Source: Catajapyx aquilonaris (lineage: Eukaryota). Taken from it: DNA of 56,436 nucleotides. The notes beneath the pieces were generated by a model that ran no database searches, was not told the origin of the DNA, and was given only the letters and a program-made list of their open reading frames with translations. The translations under genes and the position numbers were made by a program. The stretch lies in assembly GCA_000934665.2 (NCBI GenBank), contig JYFJ02002469.1, forward strand, positions 1 to 56,436, read 5' to 3'. Numbering within the stretch: the stretch's first letter is position 1; the number at the start of each line of letters is the position of its first letter. This document shows positions 1 through 11,873 of the stretch, in pieces.

Positions 1-120
1 AACAGATTTGGAACGAACCCTGTTGTTGCATCCATTTTATTTGGGTCTGCAACGTGTGCCCTCTTGGGTCGCCTTTACGTGGCCCGTTGGGTCACAACAC
101 AAAAGGCGCACCACGCATGA
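1..120 (+). CDS. Possible 3' terminal coding fragment of an upstream gene (hydrophobic C-terminal segment)
   Basis: Frame 1 is open from the window edge: NRFGTNPVVASILFGSATCALLGRLYVARWVTTQKAHHA*, followed by AT-rich UTR-like sequence. No family recognised. Confidence 0.25.
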   Translation, partial: NRFGTNPVVASILFGSATCALLGRLYVARWVTTQKAHHA

Positions 121-1820
121 AGCCGATTGTAAGATACAGTTACTTTGTATATGAAAATTGCGCAAACAATATGCACAGTACGATAAGTTTTTCATGTTAC
201 AGTAATCTTTAAAAAGTAATAATTTTCTCCTGAATACACCATCAATAATGACGCATCAAATATGATCAATTTACCATCAGCATTATTTAGCTGAGTATTA
301 CTGTACATTTAAAAAATATTAATATAGAAGGTGCAGGTTACACTAACGTGTTGCAAGTCAAATGCTTTACTAGATTTTTAGTGATATGCCTATGCTATAT
401 ATCGACAATAAAGGTCGTTTAGGTATGTAGGGAGGTCTGGATGGCCACCCACGAGCATGCATGGCTGGATCTACTCAAATTCCTGACATAAGCATCTGGA
501 TTTGAAAGCTACCCCTGGAGACGTCCGTGCTGTTGCGACTTTATAATCTTCCAGTTCAGGTAGGCGAGTCACTTGTTATAATGCAGGAAAATTGGCACCG
601 GTAAGTTGTGGCACGTGTAATAAAACCAGATTGGAGATTAAAGAATGGTATGAAATGAATATTTAGTGCATATAAATGGGGAAGCTAAATGAACTGGATC
701 TATAATACTGCAGTTCCTATCAGGCTATAAATAGGGCTGTTAAATATTTGCAAGATGTCGGACATACGGTGTAGATGAATCTCTCGCATTTTCCTCGAGT
801 AATTGCGAACCTCCGCATGATATTTGGATTCATAACGTTTTACAATAAGTTGCTATAAAAGGCCCTATAGGTAGACTACTAGTGCTTTATAAGCTTTTCT
901 GAATAGGTGCAACAAAACTGTCACATAAGTAATGAACCGTATAATTTGCAGGCATCGCTCAGGCAATCCAGCCTGCTTTATATTATACAACGACAAAGTA
1001 TAGTAAAGTGTTTCAAACCAGACAGTGAACATAATTATGTAACTCCAGCAGAATAGTATTTTTATAGTATTAAATAAGGGCAATTCCCTTTTAACTTCAT
1101 GCTACCTGTAAGAAAACAAGAGGCTATTATAAATCAACGATAATGCACGCCTTCAATTACGATACAAACTCATATTGTTATACTGTACGTAGCAGGTACG
1201 TAGGACCTAACGTTGCCCAACCAAGTACTATAATTATTATAGATGGGCAAGAAAATGTGATTTTGCAATAATGAAAAGCAGTTAATGCAGTCCTGATTGT
1301 GGGTCTCTTTCAAGTAATGTGTGGTTGACTAGCAGAAAAGCAAGTTTAAAAATGCTTTTTCAGAAAATACGGTACCTATAAATAAAACACAGGTACTCGA
1401 TAATGCGACAGGAACTGCAGAACAAGGAGAGAATAATTAGTGTCTGTACTATGGTTTTTATCCGGTCGAAATTCATCCCTTTTGTTACCATTGTTACTGT
1501 CTAAGCATAGCAAACCATAAAAATGGTCATTGTCCCCTAATCATCAAGCGGTTACGACTGTTGGGTTTTGAACCACACGTTACCCTGAGTTTTTGACTGG
1601 CTCATGTCATTTTCCCTTCAGCCTGAAACGTGCTTGGCAAGCATTACTTTGCAACGCGAGAGCGCTCTCTGTGACCGCAATTCACCGTGTCGCACAATCC
1701 GAGCTGCAGTGCATGACCCGCAATTACCGGTAACCCCCATTTTGATTGCGCCGCCAGGAGGACACCAATCCCGTACCACCAACGCCATCTGACATCCCCA
1801 TATCCAACCAAACCCGTCAT

Positions 1821-1990
1821 CGCCGCCATCTTGCAGCTCCTGGCCAATCAGAACAAAGGAGCTCAAAGATGGCTTCGAGCCGCCATCTTGCAGCTCCTTC
1901 CCGCTGATTGGACAGAGCAGCAACATGGCGGCTCGAAGCCATCTTTGAGCTCTTTTGTTGTGATTGGTCAGGAGCTGCAAGATGGCGGCG
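1821..1990. promoter_or_regulatory. 76-bp-arm inverted repeat packed with YY1/Pho-type and CCAAT motifs; probable HMIT1 promoter
   Basis: Arms 1821-1896 and 1915-1990 match at 71/76 positions with an 18-nt spacer. Six GCCATNTT/AANATGGC motifs and three CCAAT/ATTGG boxes, about 280 bp upstream of the HMIT1 ATG. Confidence 0.7.
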
Positions 1991-2270
1991 GGGCTTCAAG
2001 GCTGGTGTTCGTTCTAGTGATTTCTGTGTTGGGGCGAGGGCGACGTGCATTGTCTCCGCTCCGTACAGCCACCTGCGTGTTGCCGTGCCAGCCCCCAGCG
2101 GACAGCTGGAATGGAGCGCCGCGCTTGATTCCATCCCGCCCACCACCCCCGTCACTACTATTGGGTGCCTGCCCATTTTTTTTTTTTTAAAAAGGACAAG
2201 ACTGATTAGATTTGTAAGGAGGGTTTTTTGAAGGGAGGGTAAAACTATAAAAGGGGAGGTTGCACCAAGG

Positions 2271-5200
2271 ATGACGAACAAGTACAGGCGAAGTGCCAGT
2301 GGTGAGGCTGGTGAGGGAGAGAGGAGGCCTGTGGTGGTCAAGAGGCACTGTTACGGAGGGATGGTCACTTCTCCGACGGACAGCAGCGGGCTGGTGGGGT
2401 CACCCAGCGGGGATGAGGAAGGAGGACTGGTTCAACGCACCGGGACACCCAGGCTGGTGTACCTCCTCACCGTCATCAGCGCCATTGGGGGTTTCCTCTT
2501 CGGCTACGACACCGGGGTTGTGTCCGGAGCCATGCTGATTATACGGTAGGAGAAAGTGTGTTCTGTGGCACCTCGCCTGTGGAAATATGTACATGGCACA
2601 GGCGCACCTGTAAAGGACAAAAATTATACCACATTAATTAATTTTCACTGCTTATGACAAAGCTTGCAGGCCAGGCTTTATCATCTGCGCACATTTTTTC
2701 CAATTGGAAAAGAAGTGGCTGTTCAAATGGGCTGCTAAACTGCAGAAAACGATACTACGATCCGACGTCTTTACACAACAATATCAGTAAAGAGTGTCAA
2801 CAAAAAGAACACTGTTTACGCCAATTGTTGCCTGAGAACAAAATGACGACGTCAGATTGTCGTTCCTTTTTCCGCACTGTAGAATAGGATTGCCATTACA
2901 AACAAGCAATAATCGCTCAATATTAGGGCCAGTCACATGTCATGAAAATATATTTTGTGATTAGATTGTATTTTTTATTGTTGAATTACAATGAAAAACA
3001 TAAGGCCACAAAACTGTGTTACAAATGGCATTGATATGTAGCCATAGGCCGGATTGCTCTGTAAAGTTTTGATGGCCTGCACTTCATCGGTACCATGTTT
3101 GTTTGGTAAACAATTGATGATAAAATATGGGCCAGAAATTCTTTCCGGATATAGATACACAATCTGGCTGAAGGTTGACGAAGTTGCTATTTTTCATATT
3201 GATTAGATGATGAAGGGTAATTCAGACTGCAGCTGCATGAAAATATGTTATTGACGTTCATTTAAATAAGCTGGCTTCCAGAATTTTCTTAATTATTAGC
3301 CAATTAGATTTTTCTCTGGTGACATTGGTGCGTAGGGGTAGGTCAGAGCTATTAATTGGTCACTTGAACTGATTTTTTTTCTTTCAATTATAATGAACTT
3401 CAGTATACAAAGTTTGAGGACAATGGACTACAAGTTACCTTGGCCTTTAGCTGATTCCCTGCCCCACCCAAGTGGCCAACTACGATTTGGCTGCAATGAG
3501 GCTAATGAAATTACCCTGAATGAAGTAAAAAAAGTTGTTTTTGTAATGTAATTGTTCATTCCTTCTTTGTTTTTTTGTTGGCGAGTCCTTACTGAATTGA
3601 CATTGCCACTAGCAGAGGGTGAATAGCTTTAACAAGCTAGGTTTGGTGCAGTTTTATTTTGCAAGTTCAGACAATCTCACCACTTAACCCACTTAAATTG
3701 GTATGTCATGTGTCAAAGCACATGGAATCATCTGGAACAAAATCGGGTAGAGAATTTGTGAAGATCACTCTGGAGAAGGAATATTATCAGCAATTATGCA
3801 TAAATTGTGAATCAATAGTCGACTTTCTCAGCATGATAAATAATAGCAGATACGGATATTTGTGCTGAAAACCTGGGAACAGAATTTTTGTGACCCATTG
3901 TGGAATTAGTACATGCTTCCCTGAATCAGAATTAGTCACGATGTGGAGTGTTTTCTTATGCAAGGTTTAAAAAAACCTCACTCAAATCAGTGTTACCTAT
4001 TACTTCGTCAAGGACGTTATTTTTGTTTTATTTTCCGAGGAAGTGTTTGTTGGTGTTGACTTGCATCAGGATGGATGCATGCATGTTGCTAATGTAAGCA
4101 TGTAGAATTTGCTTTGATTGCACAACACCTCCCAGGAAGTTGACACGTTTGCTTATCTGCGCAGATATTATTTGCACAGAACGTGTTCTGTGACATAGTT
4201 TTTCTTGAAATGTGGAATTTTAATGTCGTTGGATTTGCCTTTCTGTTGTGTGCAATCACGTGATGATTGAGGCAAAGATATTGTGTCTGAAATTAAATTG
4301 GGAAACCACTGCCGCAAAATCCAGAATTTTCCATCTTCACTGCAGTGTTTCCTTTCCAGAACTCTGCCAGAAGGCTCTATACACTTTCTCTGCGCATAGC
4401 CCACATTCGGTTTTTCCTGGTGCACTGCCATTAATAGCATCAATCATTTCCCTCGACTAATGACTAAAAGCTATCCAAAAAATAACCTTATTGGTGTTTG
4501 AACACATGCCAATATCACTTGAGGGTTATGTGTCACAATAACTACTATTGATTAGGTTCTAGGAAAGTGGTGTATTCACTGTGTAACATGGGATTCCTCA
4601 TTTTCTTTTTCACAGGGACGAGTTCAGCCTAAATGACTCTTGGCACGAAGCAATTGTTTCAGGAACCATTGCTGCTGCCTGGGTTTTCGCTCTTGTTGGC
4701 GGGTTTCTTACTGGTAAGCATCGTGACTCACTATTGGAAATATGAGGCCATGCAATAAAATTCCACCCAGCCCCTGCCATTGCCCAGGGTCACAATATCA
4801 GCTGTGTAATAGTGTTCTTGGATTACCTGCATATGCCCATCTGGCATATCGAGTTTGGAAATGCTTTGTTATCATATGAATAGATTGGCTATGATTTTAA
4901 TGCATTACTCTGTTGATCAATAATAGCATCAATTCATTAAGCTAGCAATTTCATTACAGACAAATTAGGTCGTAAACCAGTCATCATCATAGCCAGTATT
5001 GTCTTCACTGTGGGTGCTGTAGTCATGGGAGCAGCTAATTCCAAGGAGGTACTTCTAGCAGGGCGTGTCGTCGTTGGAATTGGAATTGGTTAGTAATGCC
5101 ATTCTTTCCTACAACAGTATAATTTGAATCTGAAAGGGATTGGCAAGCAGCTAATTACAAGGTGGTTTGGAGGTAGCCTTTGGTAACTAATCTTTCCAAG

Positions 5201-5751
5201 TTAGTAGTAAATACATGAGAAGTAACAGATGCTGTTAATTTCAGACCACCCTGTACCAGGTTGTTTTCCACTATTGTACATAGGGGTAAAATTACATGAT
5301 AACATTACAGCCAGAGGGTTATTTTGGGAATATTTTACATGTATTATATAATTTAATGACACCAATTATATGCCTGGCATATATCAGATGAAACCATATA
5401 GTCATCCCCAAGGGGAGGCGGAGTGGTGATGTAGTGCTCCAGACGGAAGGTTCCTGGGGTCAATCCCAAACTGAGGAGTTCCCCACTTTCATCTCATGTG
5501 GAGTTGGGTTGTAGCTGGCATTGTCATGGCATCAGATTTGTTCAGACTGAACAGGAAGAAGGATGGGATCAAATTCACCCATAATTAATGTTTTTCAGTC
5601 CCCCCCACAAAATATAACCTTGACAGTTTGTGTCACCAAGACCTTGAACGGTTCACTTTTATCAGAGTTTGCAGCTTTGCGTCATGGCCAAGTCTTCCAT
5701 TTAGGTTATTTTTTATGTGTAACCTGTTATGCAACCATCCCACAATGACAA

Positions 5752-5810
<59 letters not shown>

Positions 5811-8800
5811 AAGATATGTGCTCAATATTGTTGGAATTGTACGAGTTACTTCAAGTGCAATGATTATGGATATTGGTTGAGTGCATCTGATAGGCTTGAG
5901 CGACAAACATAGTAGACAATAATTATTGAACAAGTATTTGAAGGAAGGTAGTAGCAGATAACTTATCGCCAGTTAAACACCAATGCAGGTAGTGGCACAT
6001 GTAGCCCTGCAGAACAATGCTTGCTTTTGTAATGTTATATCTACGTCATTCTTAATTAAATGCATTACTTGTGAATAAATTCTATTTAAGGTTGAAAAAT
6101 TAGTCTGGTATTTTACTTTGTTTTAGAAAATGCATTTTTGAACAAAATTGCACCTACCACACTGGTGTGATGAAAAATGTGTGCTTCAAGTGATAGGCCC
6201 TAGTAAATTAATCTAATTTGAAGTACAGTACACAGGGATCCTTGACTTTTAAACACATAAATCCATACCAACTCGTGGCATTTATGTTATGCATTGATGA
6301 TGATGATTCATGTATTTTTACCTTTCATTTGTGAATATTATATGAAGTGCTTACATAATTTATGCTGCAGTGGAAAGATGCTGCAGTCTGTTATTAAACT
6401 TACTGAGGGGAGTGACTGATATCACACTTTATACTTGTTAGTGTTGTTGCCTTACATAATCACTTTACAAATACTGGAGTTGCATGATTTTGTGTTCCTC
6501 GTTGACTGATCAAAGCTACTAAACCGCAGATGCAACAGTGCTCATGAAATAGTCATTTCTCTGCTGATTTCAATCAGTCCTCTCGTGAATAAGGGCTTCG
6601 TGCACTCCACTCTGTTCAACTGGATTTACCCTATTTTGAATTTAATGACTGCCTCCCCTTGTTGAAAAATTGATGTCCATTCCTATAGGCTGGATCAATG
6701 AATTCCATTTGCTTGTGACCCTGTTACATCAGTACTCTCCTAATTTGAGAAATAACACATCAGAGGTCACAGCCAGTGCCGGATTTAACACCACCATCAA
6801 CCCCCCCCCCCCCCCTCCANACTTAAAAATTCAACTTGTCTCTTGAGTTATCTCCTTCATTTCATTTTATTATATTAAAAATTTATGTTTCAACTTATGG
6901 GCGCCCGTAAGCGTTTCTGCCAAGTGGCAAATCTGGCGCTGGGAATATCCCAGCGAAAATTTGGAATTTTTAAATGATTTTGCCTTTATTTCCTATTATT
7001 GTAGCCTGTTTGAAAAATATTTATTGCAACGCGCAGCTGCTCCTAGGCAATTTATTGCCTACCCTGCCTTACGGTAAATCCGGCGCTTCTTCCAGTCGCA
7101 TAATAATTTATTATTTATTCTTCGTTTAGTTTTTTGGGGTACCTAAATTTGCCGCCCCTTGAAATCTGCTGCCCTAGGGAACTGCCTAGTTTGCATTGAC
7201 GTAAATCCGGTGCTGGTCACAGCTCCTGTGTACCATGCGTATCACTTGAGTGAAAATATATTTAGTACTGAGGCTGCCATATGTGAAACATTCATGAGGC
7301 AGTAATTAATTCTTTCCTAATTTGGCCTGATGAAACTCATGAAACACGGGAAGCCTGAATTACTTATAACTTGTGGCATTTGGTAAGGAGGAGTTTTACG
7401 TACGTTTTCAAGGGTAACATAAGACATGGCGAAAATTTGAAACACTGCTCACTTTTTCATGTCGTCTTACCACTAGAGGTTTATACATATCTCCACTTCA
7501 GCTTACTGTATGTAACTGATTATAATATCTGATATGATACTGGTTAACTAGTTAACTAGTGTCACCTGTTTTAAAAAGCTTCATTAGCCTGTGGACAACT
7601 GCATAAGTTTAATGTAAGAAAATACACCCTGATTGGATATGTCTGCAGATCAGTTCCTTTCTGCCCTTCTCTGATCCCCCTGCCACCTGATTAACCTGCA
7701 ACACCTGTTCCGTTGAACCCAGGCCTCACCTCCACCACAGTGCCCTTCTACATTGTGGAGTGCGTACCGACGAGGCTGAGGGCAAAACTCGCCTCCTACC
7801 AGGTGGTGATGACCGCCTTGGGCCAGCTCACGGCCTGCTGCATTGATGGAGCCCTCAGCAGGCTTCCTCACAGCGTCGCATGGAGGTACATGAACTCTGT
7901 TTTCCCACACAATACTCTATCCTTATGTACCTTCCTTCATGCTTTTAACACCACATCCCAGACTCATCCTGCACAGAAGTAAAAATTCAGTTCTTTTAAC
8001 CTTGATTGCAATAGGTGGCTGGAAATTAGGAATTTTTTGCAGTTCTCTTAGTTTATGATGCTAATGTCGATGTGTAACTCTTTGTTTTCTGCCACCAATT
8101 CCAGTCAAGCTAACCCCCCACTTTTCAGGCATGCAGTGTTATTTAGTAATGCATAGTGGATCCCAGCAGCCAGGGTTTTATGCCTAATTTTTATGGTCTG
8201 GTATGTTGTTAACGAGCATCTCTTCTAATTGGGGAAAGTGACCTCAGTAGGTATTACCATGTTGGTTTTTATGTATGCTATTTGTGTGAGTCAGCGTCAT
8301 TGCTTAATTATTGATATTATTTTTGGCAATTTATATAATGTGTGGAGCAGTGCATATTTTTATTTGTGGATTTTGTAATGCAGGAAAAGCATGGATTATT
8401 GTTGTGATCATATCCTGAGAGCATGCAGTTTAATTTCACGTCAATTGGCATCATGTTGCAACATGCATAATGCTAATTAGATACACCTTTTCAAGTGATA
8501 AGGTACTGCAGTCCCAAAGGATATAACATATCAATGTGATTTGATTTGTTGACTGGGCTCACATAACATGCACCTGACATAACTACAAATCAGGAATCAG
8601 TGAGACGCATGGTAGGAATGATCATCCACTTGTCACAGCTGCAGTGCCACCTGTTCAAATCTAGCCTGCATTTGCATTACTCAACCACACAAACCTTGCA
8701 CTGCCCTCTACCACCCATCCACATGCAGAAAGAAATGATTTGCATATACCACTCAAGGCTTTGGAGGTTGTCACTTGCGAGAGGATTTTAATGTGGTACC

Positions 8801-11800
8801 AATGGACATGGATACTGATATGAAGGAATAGTCTAGTTGTTATATTTCTTCACTCTACCATGTACTGTAATTACAGTAGTATCACTTCAGACGGTCAGGT
8901 TCAAGACACCTGCATTTTTCTGTGAAATGTAGGTCAGCAACATTACGCAAGCGATAATGGTGATATTTATGTATTCCAGCTCCACTAAGTATTACAGTGA
9001 TATAAATCAAAACCAAGAGGTGTCAATGCAATAGGAGGTTGATTAATATTGCAGAATTTTGTCCAGGCAGAAAATAAAATGAATTAAATAGCTAGCACAG
9101 TAACATTGCTTGTTGTGGATTAATCGTGATTTTTTGCAATAATATTATTGTTTATGTATGCAGGGAAGGGAGGAGGATAGGAACATTTGAAATCATGCTT
9201 TTTGCAGCAAATGTTCTTGTAAATAGCTTTCATTCTCTGCAGCTAAAAATGGATTTGTGGGTTCAACTCGTATGAATAACCTGAACTTAAGAATGTGGAC
9301 AGTCATTGCCCTGTTTCTTAATGTTTTCTCACAATTTTCTATTTACAGCTAGTCGCAACTTTGAGAAACATGCTTGTTCATTGCCCTGACTCAGTCAGTA
9401 GAAAAAAGGGTGCACTTTAAATCATGAATTGAATACTTCAGCACGTTAATGTGTAGCCAGACATCGTTTGTCATCTTTACATTACATACATTACATCTGG
9501 TGAGGTGCATGCCTCAGCATATCGTACTAGTACAAAGCCCAGCTCTGATAGGCGCTCTGGTCACATGCTTGTTCTCATTAGAATTACGGTATTATTAGCA
9601 AGTACATTAAGAGTAATGGTACTTCTTACACTGCCAGCTATGTCTGTGCTGTGTTGTAGGCTGTGTTATTTACTTGTTAATTTTTGTCAGTGTCCATGCT
9701 TTTAGTGTGGGCCCATGCCCGACTTCACTTATGCACTTATGCACGTGTACACTGATACAGGCTTGACCAGCATGAGTGTGCCTTTGTTCATCGCCGAACT
9801 GTCTCCACCTGAAATCAGAGGTGGCCTGGTGACCCTCAACAACCTTTTCATTACTGGAGGACAGTTTGTTGCTGCTTCTCTCTGTGGGGGCTTTGCCCAT
9901 GTTGACGAGGGCTGGAGGTGAGTGTTGTTTTTTTAATGCCCCACTATTGAGCCGTGGAGGAAGGTTTGGAGTGAATGTTTCCATTTTATTTGTCATCAGC
10001 TGTGCCAATTATATCCTGCAGTCCAAGCAGCAGCATGATGTAATCATTACAGAGCTGTAACACTGCCAACTCTTAACTTTGAATATCTCAGTTTTGCTTT
10101 CAAGACTTGTGAACTATAATTTTGACAATCCTCCTTCAGGTACATGCTTGGGCTAGGTGGGATCCCATCACTGATTCAGCTGGTGGGAATGTTTTGGATG
10201 CCTGAATCTCCCCGGTGGTTAGTAGCCCATGGCCGCATTGAAGATGCTCGGGACGTGCTCAGGAGGACCAGGGGTGGGTCATGGGAGGCAGTGGAGCAGG
10301 AGTTAGATGACATCCGACTGGCATGTGAGGAGGACCGTGCTTGCCAGGAGGAGGATGGAACCTCCTCAGTATTAATCAGAGTGCTGCTGTCTACTGCTAC
10401 GAGAAGAGCATTGCTACTTGGGTGCCTCCTGCAGTTATACCAACAGATCTCTGGGATAAACACAGTCATGTACGTGCGTGTAGCTCTATGGCCAATAATT
10501 TGATATTACTACAATGCCATGAACCTCCTTAATTTTGCAGGTATTACAGTGCAAGTATCATCCGAATGGCTGGGGTGAGTGACAACTCACTGGCCATCTG
10601 GCTGGCAGCTGCAGTTGCCTCAGTGAACTTTGTGTTCACCTTTGTCGGACTGTACCTGGTGGAGAGAGCAGGCAGGAGGAAGCTCACGTTGGGATCCATG
10701 GCTGGTGTTGTGTTGGCCCTTGCCTGTTTGGGAGTTGGATTCCAGCTCGCGGATTGGAAAACCCCACCTGTGCAGATTCCTGTTCTAAACCAAGGGGACT
10801 GTTCTAAAGCAAGGTTTGTGACATCACCAGGTCAGAGTATAAGTGCATGGGATTGATGTTGCATACTTCCCGCCTGTGTGGGATGATGCCTCTGGATTCA
10901 TGGTGTGTGTAATTTTTTTCCAGCACATGCTCTGACTGCACATTCATAAGCTCTTGTGGCTTCTGTTATGAGAGCTTGCCAGGTGGTGTGGCAAATGGAT
11001 CATGCCTTCAGGCAAGCCCAAGCCATGCCGAGTCATATTCTGCCTTGGGGCAATGCAGCAAGCCAGTTGAGCCCTGGGTATGGTCCTATGGATTCTGCCC
11101 ATCCCAGTTTTCCTGGATGATCGTAGCCTCATTGTGCGTCTATCTGATGTTCTTTGCACCAGGTCTGAATAGAGTGTCAGAGATTGGAATTTTACTAAGT
11201 TGTGTGCATACTGTCCTTATGCCATGGTCTTCCTCCTCTTTTGAAAGGCATGGGCCCAATGCCCTGGACCATCAATTCAGAGATCTACCCCATGTGGGCC
11301 CGCAGCACATGCACATCCATCGCAACTTCAGTCAATTGGCTTTTTAATCTCCTGGTGTCCATGACCTTCCTTACACTTGCCAACTTCCTCACTCAATATG
11401 GTGAGTACTGATAACTTTTTTTGCTTCCTGCATTATCTGACATCTCGTTGGGTGACCTTCAGAGATGTTTAAAAACAAAGTATTTGAATCCAATTATATG
11501 ATTGTCAACTATCCATTTTAAAAATGTAAAGTGGGTTTAGGTGGGAGGCTAATCTGAGCTTCGAATTAATACAATACTGTCTATATTTCCAGGTGCATTC
11601 TACTTGTATTCAGGCATAGCAGCTACTGGCTTTATTGTCTTGTTCCTACTACTTCCCGAGACAAAGGGAGTAAGTCTAGAGGACATGGAGGTCCTGTTTT
11701 CTAAGAGCTGGTGCTGCCCTGGGGCCAATTTCAAGGTGACTTCATCTGGAAGCCTATCCATCGGCTCTGTCAGACACTCAGAAGATGGATCCGCAGTTCA

Positions 11801-11873
11801 GTACGTACATATTCGTGGACTCAACCGTGATTGTCGTCCTGCTGAGTACGAAAGTCCCGATTCAGACTCGTAA
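2271..11873 (+). CDS. SLC2A13: Proton myo-inositol cotransporter (HMIT/GLUT13, sugar porter family), copy 1
   Basis: GT-AG exons 2271-2545, 4616-4713, 4960-5088, (7723-7885 or 9761-9917), 10140-10469, 10541-10813, 10924-11162, 11248-11400, 11593-11873 splice in frame. Motifs [47 protein letters not shown], Cys-rich TM9-10 loop, [23 protein letters not shown] 2361 is an alternative start. Confidence 0.93.
5411..5750 (+). mobile_element. Decayed tRNA-derived SINE
   Basis: Head GGAAGGTTCCTGGGGTCAATCCC...AGGAGTTCCCC resembles the cleaner copy near 38607 (GGAAGGTCCCGGGTTCGATCCCC...AGGAGTTCCCC). Followed by a (TAA)n tract that could be its tail. Boundaries approximate. Confidence 0.45.
5754..5809. 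repeat. (TAA)n microsatellite, about 18 units
   Basis: Perfect trinucleotide run visible in the sequence. Confidence 0.98.
6774..7215. mobile_element. Non-autonomous hAT-type DNA transposon (MITE)
   Basis: Terminal inverted repeats CAGTGCCGGATTTA / TAAATCCGGTGCTG with an exact 8-bp target duplication GTCACAGC (6766-6773 and 7216-7223). Extra right-end-like motifs near 6928 and 7075. One N at 6820. Confidence 0.85.
7723..7885 (+). CDS. SLC2A13: Alternative (duplicated) exon 4a of HMIT copy 1, encoding a divergent TM4-TM5 segment
   Basis: AG/GT-bounded 163-nt exon with the same splice phases as the 157-nt exon 4b (9761-9917). Encodes [55 protein letters not shown] versus [53 protein letters not shown]. 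Confidence 0.82.

Noticed and set aside
1604..2341. Several overlapping ORFs on both strands
   Set aside because: By-products of the GC-rich palindrome; the peptides mirror each other and resemble no family.
5727..5933. Poly-Leu ORF
   Set aside because: Translation of the (TAA)n microsatellite.
8592..8766. Possible third exon-4 cassette ending TGGAG|GT
   Set aside because: No sugar-porter similarity, and the phase-compatible frame from the nearest acceptor hits a stop.
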